A DNA stretch of 61,991 nt, counting the filler. It is 12 parts of 12 records of this genome, joined end to end, with 100 filler letters (N's around TTAATTAATTAA, not from the genome) between each part and the next. Parts side by side here need not be neighbours in the genome. Positions count along the whole stretch, not along the records: positions 26,841 to 29,082 come from SRR11831585_851; positions 29,183 to 32,147 come from SRR11831585_860; positions 32,248 to 34,953 come from SRR11831585_869; positions 35,054 to 44,936 come from SRR11831585_879; 8 more parts are not named here. The stretch is one strand, 5' to 3'. This document shows positions 26,841 to 39,360 of this stretch, piece after piece (position 1 is the first letter of the stretch; each line of letters opens with the position of its first letter). The notes beneath the pieces are model-generated. The model did not search any database. It saw only the letters and a program-made list of their open reading frames with translations, and was not told the origin of the DNA. The translations under genes were made by a program, and so were the position numbers.

Positions 26841-29082
26841 CCCCAACCTCGCGGTGCTAGATGTGGGCGGCAACAAGCTGGAACTCAAACCTATTATGGC
26901 GCTGGGGTCTGCGCTGAATTCTGCGCCGGGGCTGCAGTCTCTGCGGCTGACAGACTGCGCACTCAACTCCAAATCCGTGTCCAGCATATGTACGTCCCTG
27001 TGTTTAGACGCACACGCATGCCATATCTACTATTATTCGCCTTGCAGCATTGGCCGTGCCGCCTGACGAACATGCTGTCTCCTGTGCGCCCACCCGCACT
27101 CATATTGTGCTTCTCCCTGGTCTCATGTGTTGCGTGTGTAGGCTCTGCGCTCGAGCAGAACACGGTGCTTCTAGCGCTGCAGCTGGGCGAGAACGGCATC
27201 GACGGCCAGAGCTGCGGCCCCATCGGCAGTCTGCTCACAAACAACAGTGTGCTGAGCAGTGTCGACTTGCGCTTCAACCCGATCGGGGTGCGTGTGTGCG
27301 TCTGTGGCTGTGTGTGGCTTTTGCATCTTTTCCTATTGTCCTTGTGCGTGCAGTACACGGTTCTTCACTCAGGGGTTCTGTGGTGCTGTGTGTTGTGCTG
27401 CTGCTGGCATCTCTGCTGCGGCACTGTGCGTCCATGGCACACGATGGCGGCTGCATGCGTTCTGACATAGGGGCGGTGTGTGTGTATCGCTGCAGGATGC
27501 GGGTGCGCAAGTGCTGTCTGAGGCTCTTCTCAAGAACCACACACTCATGAACCTTGTGCTGTGGGCGTGCAATATCTCCGCCAACGGAGCAGCATTCTTG
27601 GCCGAGGCGGTGGTATGTGCGCGCTCGTTACACCATTCTGTCCGATCGCGCCGTGCTCACTGTGTATCTTTGATCCTTGTGTGTGCAAGCGTCGTGCAAA
27701 GATGAGCAGTTGTTTTGTTATCCACTGTGTGCGCGTGTCATGACTAACGTTACGTTCTGCGTGTGTTCCCTTGTACATCAGCGCGGCAACTCAACACTCA
27801 AGGCGCTGGATCTGGGTGTCAACGACATCGGTGTGGACGGGGTATGTGCGCGTCGCAGTGCGTCTGTCACGCTTTGTGGACCATTATCTGTGTGTTGTGG
27901 GTGTGTTTGTTTGTATGTGCGTATATGCGTCCGGTAGGGCTGATACGGGTGTAGGTGCTGGCGCTGAAAGACTCACTGTGTCTGAACGCCTCTCTGGTGC
28001 GGCTCGGTCTGGCCGCTACGCAGATTGGAAGCGAGGGTGTGTCTCTGTCAGACTGTGTCTGTGACTCGTTTCTTGCGAGGTGCGCTCTCCATGCTCACCT
28101 AATTGTGTGTGCAGGCGCTGTCACGTTTGCGGAGGCACTTGCATCCAATGTCGGCCTCACGTATGTGGACCTGCGCCGCAACAGCGTGGGGGCGGCCGGT
28201 CTGATGGCTCTCTCGAACGCAACCAAGTACAACCACACCGTCACGCACGTGGCGCTGGACAGCGATATGGAGGTGCGTGTGTGTTGTGTGTGAGATGTGT
28301 TCGCTGTCTATTGGGGGGACGGAATTCCCCACGTGTGCGTTATTTGAGTGAAACAGATGCGACTGCGCGTGCTGACTAGTTTTGTGCCGTCCAGACGGAA
28401 ACTGCTATGGAGCGGGACTATAGGCGGCTGATTATTGAGGCGTGCCATCGTAACTACAACAAGTACGCACCTGTGTGAATGTGTGTACACATCTCCTCGT
28501 TGCATGGCAGTGTTACACACCGTTCCTGTACCGAGGCACGCGTTCTCACGTGTGTCCTGTCAGGATTGTGGGTGCCGCTCCGCCAGCTCCCACTACGACC
28601 CCGTCCACGGCCACCAGCACCACGCAGCCCAGCAGCGTCACCACCACCACCAGCACAGTAACGGCCGCGACTCGCACACACGCCCCGCACTCTGCGGACA
28701 CGAGCGCACCGAGCGAATGGGTGCAGCCCGCCTCGCATGCGGCACAGCAGCGCTCCCAGCATGCGGAAGAGTCGCCCCAACAGGAGGAACACGCGGCCGC
28801 GAAGGAGCCCACACACATCGCTACGACGGTGTCGCCGCAACTGACGGCGCTTGTGGGGCCCACGCCCGCACAGACAGAGCAGCCCGCCCACAACGAACCG
28901 ACCACTCAGGAGGCTGCGGTCGCCACAACAGGTGCTGCCGCGGAACTTGCATCTGCGGAGGTGGACACGTCCTTCTTCGCGGCGGCCACGACCGCACATG
29001 CCGAGATTGCGCCCAGCAGCACGCCCTCGCATACGGAGCCCGCTTCGGATGGAGCCGCACAGCAGGACTCTGTCTCCGGCGA
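26841..29082 (+). CDS. RNI-like leucine-rich repeat protein, PPP1R37-like, with a Thr/Ala/Pro-rich tail; multi-exon, both ends truncated
   Basis: Repeated LxxLxLxxNxIG units; LKDSLCLNASLVRLGLAATQIGSEG|AVTFAE..VDLRRNSVGAAGLMALS. Confidence 0.75.
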
Positions 29083-29185
29083 NNNNNNNNNNNNNNNNNN
29101 NNNNNNNNNNNNNNNNNNNNNNNNNNTTAATTAATTAANNNNNNNNNNNNNNNNNNNNNNNNNNNNNNNNNNNNNNNNNNNNCAG

Positions 29186-30143
29186 GTACTACCTGAAGCA
29201 GATCGGCATCGCCATGTCGCCGCTCAGCAACAACTCGCTCTTCCTCGACTACCAGCACTCGCCCTTCCCCAAGTTCTTCGAGCGCGGCCTCAACGTCTCC
29301 CTCTCCACGGACGACCCCATGCAGTTCCACTTCACGCGCGAGCCGCTCATGGAGGAGTACAGCATCGCGGCGCAGATGTGGAAACTCAACACGTGTGATC
29401 TGTGCGAGATCGCCCGCAACAGCTGTCTGCAGAGCGGCTTTGAGCATCTGACCAAGGCCTACTGGCTGGGCGACACCTACACGGTCCCCGGCCCCTCCGG
29501 CAACGGTATGTGTGCACATTCACTGACCGGTATTCCTTGGTTTGGGTATCTGAGTTCCCCTGTGCAGACATCAACAAGACCAACGTGCCCAACATTCGGC
29601 TGGCGTTCCGCCACGACCTGCTAGTGGGAGAGCTGCAGATTATTGAGAAGGGCAATGCAAAGGTACGCCGCGGTGTGCTGCGCGCTTGTACACGCTGCTT
29701 GTGTGATTTGACGCACGTGTTCTGACGACGGAGTCGGTAGATGGCGAGTGATTTCCAGCGCACGGGCGACATCACCGACTCCCCCAACCGCATCCGTCCT
29801 CTTGTCAGCCCGCACATCGTGCCCCGCACCATCAAGTTCCCAGAGGTGCGCTCGTTCTGTGGTACCGTGTGGGTGAGTGGGCTGACGTGTGTTCTCTCGC
29901 TTCGCGTGTGGCTCTTTATGTGTGCAGGAGGCTGGGACTAGCGGGGAGGGTGAGTCCACGATCACAGGTGCCGAGCCCCCGCCGCTCGACAGCTTGTCGC
30001 TCACCGCATCGCTGAATGCGGTACGCGAGTTTATAGGTTGCGCGTGGAAGCTGACTGAGGTGTTGTAGGGTGCCGGACTGGCCAAACTGCTCGCGGTGAC
30101 TCATGATCTTCCGACAGAGGCGCATGCGGGCGCGCAAAAGTAG
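29186..30143 (+). CDS. AMPD: AMP deaminase, C-terminal 5 exons
   Basis: [41 protein letters not shown] motifs. Confidence 0.93.
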
Positions 30144-30357
30144 TTCTATACGGTGTAGTTGGTTTACAATATTATGGTGGACTGTTCAGTTTGTTTGATG
30201 TTGATCGGAGTCAGTGAATACTAGCTGGCTTGTTATAGTTGTTCCTTATGTGCTCGAGTTTTTGAAAGTGAAGGTGACTGTATGTGAGATACACAACGTT
30301 CGCTAAGGTAACGGTTTATAAACACAGACGAATACAGTGGATTGTTCCAGCAACCTC

Positions 30358-30933
<576 letters not shown>

Positions 30934-31033
30934 CTAGCTGCGCAGCTGGTCCGCTGGAGGCGATCCTGACAGGTGCGGGCAGCTTACACCTTTGATGACC
31001 TTCTATCAACATTCATTTTCGTAGACCGACATC

Positions 31034-31870
31034 ATGTCTCTTCTGGCTCGGTTTTCTCGCTCTGTTGTGCATTCATTCAAGGTGCGCGTTTTCAAAATTT
31101 GGAATGTCGTGGATTTTTATTCTTTTAGACTGTCCGTGCTGCACCGTTGGTCGCACAACGCCCATTCTCTGATGAAACGGCCAATGGTGAGCTTCCGTTG
31201 CGCGGAACGAGCACACACGCCAACCTGATTGAAGCATTCAAGGGCGAGTCAATGGTAATTTGTGGAGTTTCGTCTTTGTATGAATACTGACGTGTACTCA
31301 GGCCAACCGCCGATACCTGTACTTTGCGCAAAAGGCTGACGTTGAGGGCCAGCCGGATGTGGCTGCCATTTTCCGCTCGACCGCTGAGGGTATTTGTCTT
31401 GTTGTATTGTGCTCCGATTTCTGATGTATACTTGAAGGTGAGACTGGCCATGCTTTGGGCCATCTTGAGTTCCTCGAGGAGTGCGGCGATCCCGCAACCG
31501 ATGAGCCCTTCGGTACCACGGATCTGAACTTGAAGTCTGCCATCGCGGGTGAGACCCACGTATGTGTTTCCGAACTGCACGCTCGGGTGTAGTTATTCTT
31601 ACGTATGTGTGTGCTGCAGGAGTACACCGACATGTACCCCGGCATGGCCCGCACTGCACGCGAGGAGGGCTTTGATGATGTACGTCGTTGTTCTATGTCA
31701 CACTCGTCTGCCACAACACCCATTCTGTTTTCGTTTCACACATCGCTTCGGGTGTGGGCTCACCGTGCGGGGTGCAGGTTGCTGACTGGTTTGAGACGCT
31801 GGCGATGGCGGAGAAGAGTCATGCCGGACGCTTCACCCGTGCTCTGAAGGACTACGAAGCCAACAACTAA
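31034..31870 (+). CDS. Short (rubredoxin-less) rubrerythrin with a mitochondrial-type presequence; exons 31034-31081, 31129-31254, 31302-31389, 31438-31559, 31620-31679, 31778-31870
   Basis: AFKGESM|ANRRYLYFAQKADVEG..STAEG|ETGHALGH..AGETH|EYTDMYPGMA..|VADWFETLAMAEKSHA; five in-phase GT-AG introns. Confidence 0.92.
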
Positions 31871-32279
31871 ACAGCATGCGGTACCTGTGTAGCGTGGTTC
31901 GTGCTCATGTTCGCCGTATATAAAAGGAATTCAGGAAACGGTGTTGTTGTATCATTTTTTTTTATCGCATACACAAGGTGTACCTTTGAGCTCTGACAAA
32001 ACGTACACAAACCTAATCACGTGCGCTATGACGCGATCACCCAAGCGCACGAAACCCTCTAGCAAACAAGTTACATCAACACAGCAACAAATAAAACAAT
32101 AAACCAAGAACACTGCAGCACTCACACACACACACACACACACACACNNNNNNNNNNNNNNNNNNNNNNNNNNNNNNNNNNNNNNNNNNNNTTAATTAAT
32201 TAANNNNNNNNNNNNNNNNNNNNNNNNNNNNNNNNNNNNNNNNNNNNTAGGCATCATCTAATATCCTTGCTTTTTCAAG

Positions 32280-34447
32280 AGTAACTACGATTATGATAAC
32301 ACTAATGACAATGACGAGTATGCCACCGGTGGTTTCCGGGATACCACTGCTCAGTACGACAGCTATGCGGCGGATACGTCGGCTGCCCCTTGTACGTCTG
32401 TGGTATTGCTGACGATCTCCGACTAATTATTGCCTGTGCAGCGGGGTCAGTTTCTGCTCAAGGGTCATCTGATGTGAAGCCACGAATTTTGCTCATGGGT
32501 TTGCGAAAGTACGATCGTTATCTTACTTCAATCAAGCGATTTACGGATGTTTTCTCTGATTAGGTCTGGCAAGTCTTCTATTGTGAAAGTTGTGTTTCAC
32601 AAGATGTCTCCCAACGAGACTTTGTTCCTGGAGAGCACAAGCAAGATCCAGCAGAGCGGTATGCACTCCTTGTAATAATTGTCTTGTCCGTCCTGTCCAC
32701 GGCTGAGTGGTTGCCACGTATTTGTTCCCGTACATGTATGTGTAAACTCCTCCCATCAGTTTGGGCTTTCACTGTGCGTGGCTGTGTGTCCTGTATCCGT
32801 GTGCATTACTTCGTGGTGTATGGCTTTGTGTGTCTGTGCGCCCCACTCACGTGCACGGGCAGGCATTGCGGGCTGCTCCTTCGTGAACTTTGACATCTGG
32901 GACTTCCCCGGCCAGATCAACTACTTTGACAACGCATTCGACAAGCAGGAGATCTTTGGCAACTGCGGGGCGCTGGTTTTTGTGATCGATGCGCAGGAGG
33001 ACCACCTGGAGGAGTTTGACGAGGCCCTGCAGAAGCTGCACCAGACCGTCACCGAAGCCTACAAGGTGCGTGGCGCGGTGAGGGTTTGTGTGTGTGGATG
33101 TTTGTTCAACAATGTGCTACTTTGTATGTCCGTTGGGGATTTGGGGCGTGGATGTGCGTTGTCGCGCGGCTAGTTTTTTATGGGTGTGTGGGGCGGTGCA
33201 GGTGAACAAGAACATCAAGTTTGAAGTATTTATTCACAAGGTAGATGGTCTGTCCGATGACCACAAGATCGGTGCGTTGGCGCTGTCCTTGTTCCATCAC
33301 GCATGTATCCGTCCAATGAATGTTACCCATCCTATGTTTCTGTGCGTGTGTCTCTCTGCGCTGCTGTTGCTCATGTGCCTGTGCGGTGTAGAGCGGCAGG
33401 ACCACATCCACAACCGCAGCGAGGAGGACCTTGCGGAGAAGGGTCTCAAGGACGACATCCACCTCTCGTTCCATCTCACGTCTATCTACGATCACAGGTG
33501 CGGCTCGTTGTTATGTGCTTGTGTGTGCGCGACGGAGTGTTGTTGCACGGGATAGTGGGTTTTCGTGAGTCCCTTGCTTGGCGTTTCGTGATTTTGCTCG
33601 CACTGCCGCTTTCTCACCGTATGTATGTGTGATCTCGATAGTATATTTGAGGCCTTCAGCAAAGTCGTTCAGAAGCTCGTACCCCAGATGGGCATTCTGG
33701 AGAGCCTGCTTGACATGCTTGTGTCGGTATGCAAGCGCGTTCTCTCTTCAGCTATATTGTGTGTCGCTTGTATGTGGGTTGATGTGTGTATGTGGTTTTT
33801 CTGTGTGTATGTATGTGTGTGTTTGTGTTTATTTGTGCGATATCGCGCTCATCTGCGTCTCTCTATTTGATTTCGTCTGCGACATCCGTATTAAAAAAAA
33901 ACGCCCGATCTCGCTCACCCCTCGTCATGCACACACAGAGCTGCCGGTTGGAGAAGGCCTTCCTGATCGATATTGTCAGCAAGCTGTACATCGCGTCGGA
34001 CAGCTCGCCCGTGGACATGCAGAACTACGAGCTGTGCGCGGACATGATCGACGTGGTGGTCGACATCTCGTGCATCTACGGGTATGTGTTAGCCGCATCT
34101 GTCTCCCCCGGCTGTGTTTGTGTGCGGTACAATGTGTGTCGTCGCGTCCTGATGTCTCGTGCTCCTTGTGTCCGCTCTCTTATGCTGTCTGCTCACACTG
34201 CTGCAGCGCTAAGGATGAGTCGAACCCGCTCGCCTACGACGAGCACTCGCGGTCGATCATGAAGCTCTCGAACGGCATGGTCATCTACCTGCGCGAGATG
34301 ACCAAGTACCTGGCCCTGGTGTGTCTGGTGCGCGAGGACAACTTTGACAAGCATGGTGTGCTCGAGTACAACTTTGCCACCCTCAAGGACGCTATCTCCA
34401 AGGTGTTCACGCGCCCTCCCCGCCGAACCGCCAAGCGCGCCGTGTAG
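32280..34447 (+). CDS. RRAGC: Rag GTPase RagC/D (Gtr2), 9 visible exons, start codon missing
   Basis: [62 protein letters not shown]. Confidence 0.93.
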
Positions 34448-35053
34448 AGCAGCTGTACGTGGGACACAAAGGTGCCTAGTGCGGAGAGCAGAGTGGCGTG
34501 TGTTTTGTTGAGTGAGAGCAGACTATAAAAACTCGGTGGATGAGGCAGGCATGGTGGTGCACAATGAATGTGAGGTCGCAGCGATTTTATTCCATCGCCG
34601 TGATCTCGGCCCACTCTTTCGCTAAGGCCTTGTGCAGTTTTTCCTCCGATGGCTCCTGTACCTGCAGAGCATACCACGGGTGTTAGCTGCGAAGAAGAGC
34701 TTTCACAAGTAACACAATGCACAGAGATCCGGCCCAAGAAGAGATAGAGTGCAGTCACACACGGCGCACAGCTAGACGTACCGACTCTTGCAACTCGTGT
34801 ACAAACGCGCTGTCCCGCTTGTGTTTTCGTACCGACACCATATACACAGGTTCGCCGCCCTACACGTACTCGTTAGCTCATAGATCGCACCCGGACACCA
34901 ACAGCACAATGATCCATACAGGGACACGCACACACACGCACGCACGCTGCATANNNNNNNNNNNNNNNNNNNNNNNNNNNNNNNNNNNNNNNNNNNNTTA
35001 ATTAATTAANNNNNNNNNNNNNNNNNNNNNNNNNNNNNNNNNNNNNNNNNNNN

Positions 35054-35074
35054 CGTTCACGCCGCATCCGGCAT
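35054..35074. repeat. REP element, partial, at contig start
   Basis: CGTTCACGCCGCATCCGGCA. Confidence 0.8.
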
Positions 35075-35131
35075 AAACTAAGCGCACTTTGTCAACAGTC
35101 TAGCCCGATGGCATCACCATCGGGCCTCTTT

Positions 35132-36184
35132 TTATTTACTCTCCTGCGGCGACAAATGTTGCATCGCCTGCGCGATACTACGTTCAATCACCGCACGGCG
35201 AGTATCGTTGGCAGGTAAGAGTTTCAACATCATCTCCCACGCGGCAACGGCTTCGCCAAATCGCTGCTGCTCAAAGGCATTAAACGCATACATGCTTAGC
35301 ACACGGATATTGCTATGGTCCGTTCTCACCAGCTGACGTAGCAGTTCACCGCCGAGGCGGTTGTCGTTGGGATCAGATGAACGAGTCAACGCTTCAGCGT
35401 ATCCCAGTGCAGCATCACTGTTTTTCGGATCGAGGCGATACGCAGTGGCGTATGCATCGGTGGCGATACTGGCGTTACCCAGCGCCATGCCAACGCGGCC
35501 CAACATAATCCAGCCTTCTATATCTCCCGGATTTTTTTGCAGTTGAGTACGCATCCCCAGCGCAAGACGCGACATCTCTTCTTCGTTGAGCGGATCGGCT
35601 TTCGGATCCAGCGCCCTGTCCAGCAACGCCGGAGCCTGTGCCGTGGCCTGCTGCCAGATTTTCACCTGCTGATAATTGCCAGTCTGGTAGTAGCTGACGC
35701 CAGCCACAATTAACGCCACCACAATACCCGGCAGATAAACAACATATCCGGCACGCTTACCTTCCGGCACGCTTTGTTCAGGAAACGCTTCCGGCACCAC
35801 GCGTACCCGACGCCGCGAGCGGGCGTATATGACCCAACCGCCAATGCCAATAGCCACTACTGGCAGCACCCACAGCAGCACGGTCAGCGGCGTTAACGGC
35901 GGATCGTAAGTGACGAAGTTGCCGTAACGCGCCACCATATAATCGACAATCTCTTTTTTACTTTTACCTTCCTGCATCAGTTCATACACTTTCTGACGCA
36001 GGTCGGTGGCAATCATCGAGTTGGAATCGGCAATGCTGTTGTTCTGGCATTTCGGGCAGCGCAGTTCTTCAGTGAGCTGACGGAACTGTTGTTCCTGTGC
36101 TTCATCTTTAAACTGCAACACATCGATGGTCGCCAGCGCTGAGCCGGAGATCATCAGCATCAGCACGCCCAATAAAAACCTCAT
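35132..36184 (-). CDS. ccmH: Cytochrome c maturation protein CcmH
   Basis: LRCPKCQ motif plus TPR region. Confidence 0.97.
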   Translation of the reverse strand: MRFLLGVLMLMISGSALATIDVLQFKDEAQEQQFRQLTEELRCPKCQNNSIADSNSMIATDLRQKVYELMQEGKSKKEIVDYMVARYGNFVTYDPPLTPLTVLLWVLPVVAIGIGGWVIYARSRRRVRVVPEAFPEQSVPEGKRAGYVVYLPGIVVALIVAGVSYYQTGNYQQVKIWQQATAQAPALLDRALDPKADPLNEEEMSRLALGMRTQLQKNPGDIEGWIMLGRVGMALGNASIATDAYATAYRLDPKNSDAALGYAEALTRSSDPNDNRLGGELLRQLVRTDHSNIRVLSMYAFNAFEQQRFGEAVAAWEMMLKLLPANDTRRAVIERSIAQAMQHLSPQESK

Positions 36185-36738
36185 TGTGCGGCCTCCTTAC
36201 TGTATTTCTCCCACAGCGGCTTGATCTCTTCTTCCCAGACGCGAGGATTCAGATCGCCCGCATGGCGATAGCGAATGATGCCGTTGCCGTCAATAAGAAA
36301 CGTTTCTGGCGCGCCATAGACACCGAGATCCAGCCCTAACATGCCATCGCCATCAAACAGGCTTAGCGCGTAAGGATTGCCCAGCTCTTTCAGCCAGCTG
36401 ATTGCCTTCTGGCGATCGTCTTTATAGTTCATGCCGACCACGCGGATGCCCTGCGCAGAAAGCTGATTCAGATATTGATGTTCCGCACGGCAGGTCGGAC
36501 ACCAGGTCGCCCAGACGTTAAGCAGTACTGGTTTGCCCTGAGTCAGCACATCCGCCTGATAAAACTGCCCCGGATTGTCCAGTGATTCGAGACGAAACTT
36601 CGGCACAGGCTTGCCAATGAGCGCCGATTCCAGATTGGTCGGATCATCCCCTTCGGCATTACGCGCCAGCTGCCACAGCAGCGCCGCGGCAATCGCCAGG
36701 AAGATAATCAACGGAATTAACAATACTTTGCGCTTCAT
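36181..36738 (-). CDS. ccmG: Thiol:disulfide interchange protein CcmG/DsbE
   Basis: WCPTC and GVYGAPETF motifs. Confidence 0.97.
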   Translation of the reverse strand: MKRKVLLIPLIIFLAIAAALLWQLARNAEGDDPTNLESALIGKPVPKFRLESLDNPGQFYQADVLTQGKPVLLNVWATWCPTCRAEHQYLNQLSAQGIRVVGMNYKDDRQKAISWLKELGNPYALSLFDGDGMLGLDLGVYGAPETFLIDGNGIIRYRHAGDLNPRVWEEEIKPLWEKYSKEAAQ

Positions 36739-38678
36739 ACGGCCTCCGGCGCAGTTTTTTGCGGACTCACGCGCTTACGATAGCGAGGATCAAACAGACA
36801 CAGCAGTCCGCCCAACGCCATCATCAGCCCGCCCGCCCAAATCCAGCGAACAAATGGTTTGTAGTAAAGACGCACGGCCCACGCGCCGTTTTCCAGCTCT
36901 TCACCGAGGGCCGCGTACAGGTCACGCGTGATGCCGCCGTCAATTGCCGCTTCGGTCATCATCGACCCGGCAGTGTTGTAATAACGTTTTTCCGCATACA
37001 GCACCGTTTCCGGCTTGCCATCGCGCGTTACGCCGATAGTCGCCACACCGCCACGCCAGTTCGGGCCAGTCACCTCTTTGACATCACGGAAGGTGAAGCG
37101 ATATTCATGAATATCGACGCTATCGCCGGACTTCATGCGCACATCACGCTCAACGCTATAGTTCTGGCTAAAGGCAATGCCAACAATTGTCACTGCCAGC
37201 CCAAGGTGAGCCGCCACCATCCCCCAATAACTGAAGGTGGTTTTCGTGCCGCGTGAAATACGTAGCGCAGCTTCCGCAATTGCCAGCACCGCAATCCAGC
37301 AGGCCATTGCCAGGCCGAGCACCGTCATCGCCACAACTTTGCTTTCGAACAGCCACGGCAACAGCAGCGACAGCACCAGCGTAGAGATGAAGGCGATAAT
37401 CAATAAATTGCGGATCTTACGCGGGCGATCCCGCCCCCAGCGCACCAGAGGACCGACACCAAGCAGTAGCGCAAACGGCACCATCAGCCAGGTAAACATG
37501 GTGTTGAAGAACGGTTCGCCAATCGAAATACTGCCCAGTCCCAGTTGCTTATGCACCAACGGCAGCAGCGTCCCCAGCAACACCACCAGCATCGCAGCGA
37601 CCAGCAAAACATTGTTCGCTAACAGCAAAGATTCCCGCGACCACAGCGCATTGTTTACGCGTGAGCGAACTTTGTGTCCACGCGCGGCAAACAGCAGCAG
37701 CGAACCGCCAATCACCAGCACCATAAAGGCGAGGATAAACATACCGCGCGCCGGATCAGACGCAAACGCGTGTACCGATACCAGCACGCCGGAACGCACG
37801 AGGAAAGTCCCCAACAGACACAACGAGAAGGCACTGATTGCCAGCAGTAATGTCCACGCTTTGAAGCTGGCGCGTTGTTCAGTGACCGCCAGTGAGTGCA
37901 TCAGCGCAGTCCCCACCAGCCACGGCATAAACGAGGCGTTTTCTACCGGATCCCAGAACCACCAGCCACCCCAGCCGAGTTCGTAATAGGCCCATGCGGA
38001 ACCGAGCACGATGCCGAGCGTCAGGAAGATCCACGCTGCCAGCGTCCACGGACGAGTAAAACGCGCATAAGTGCTGTCCAGACGCCCGCTCAGCAAAGAA
38101 GCAATGGCAAAAGCAAACGCCACCGAGAAACCCACGTACCCCATATAAAGCAGAGGCGGATGGAAGATCAGCCCCGGATCCTGCAATAGCGGGTTAAGAT
38201 CGCGACCTTCAATCGGGAAGTTCGGCAACGTGCGAGAGAACGGGTTAGAGGTAAAGAGAATGAACAGCAAAAAGCCGACACTGACCATCCCCATTATCGC
38301 CAGTACACGGGCCACAATATCCAGCGGAATACGCTGACTAAAAATCGCCACCGCAAAGGTCCAGCCGCTCATCAGCAGCACCCACAGCAGTAGCGAGCCT
38401 TCATGCGCGCCCCAGGTAGCCGCCACGCGATACCACACCGGAAGCTGGGTATTGGAGTTGCTGGCAACATAGGTGACGGTGAAGTCGTTGACCACGAAAG
38501 CATTGACCAGCACCAGAAATGCGCCAGCCACAGACATAAACAGCAGCCAGGCAAACAAGCGGGAAGACGCCATCATGCGCGCATCTCCGCGCGCCACGCC
38601 CCATAGCGGATACACGGACAGCAGCAGCGCAATTCCCAGCGCCAGGCACAGCAGTCCGTTACCAATTTCTGGCATCAT
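36735..38678 (-). CDS. ccmF: Heme lyase CcmF
   Basis: [12 protein letters not shown] motif. Confidence 0.98.
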
Positions 38679-39154
38679 GATGCTGGGTCCTTATAAACAC
38701 TCGCCGGGCGACGGTGGTTAGCTTCCATCGCTTTCTCAACTTCTGGCGGCGTATAGTTTTCATCGTGTTTCGCCAGCACTTCTTTCGCGAGGATATGATT
38801 GCCTTTTTCCAGTTCGCCCTGCACCACAACGCCCTGCCCTTCACGGAACAGATCCGGCAAAATGCCTTCGTAAGAGACATCCACTGAGCCTTCAGCATCG
38901 TAAATGGTGAAGGTCACTTTCAGCGAATTGGGATCGCGCTGCACACTACCCGGCATCACCATCCCGCCAACGCGCAGACGCTGACCGACTTCCGGCATTT
39001 GCTGAGTTTCACGCTTGCCGTAGAGAATTTCCCCCGGCGTATAAAAGAGATCGATATTCGAGCGCAGCGCATATAGCACCAGACCGATAGTCAGCGCCAG
39101 CCCTGCCAACACGGCACAGGCAATCCACAAGCGGTTTTTACGGCGAATATTCAT
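38675..39154 (-). CDS. ccmE: Heme chaperone CcmE
   Basis: LAKHDENY motif. Confidence 0.97.
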
Positions 39155-39360
39155 GCAGCCTCCTGCTGTTGCGCAGCACGTAAACGCGCCTCACGCGCCC
39201 GCTGTTGCGCCACGCCACGCAGAATTGCGCGATGTTGCATCACCGAGTGCACGACCAAAACCACCAGCGGAATAACGGTCATCACCACCGCCAGCCAGAC
39301 AAAAAAGGCGTAACCGCCCATTGCGAAAAATTCATTCCAGGAAGCAAATGCAGGGGTCAT
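39151..39360 (-). CDS. ccmD: Heme exporter protein CcmD
   Basis: 69 aa; MGGYAFFVW. Confidence 0.95.

Noticed and set aside
31034-34447. Alternative genetic code or non-canonical introns in the eukaryote
   Set aside because: The conserved genes examined splice in phase with GT-AG boundaries and end at TAA, TAG or TGA with no in-frame stops.
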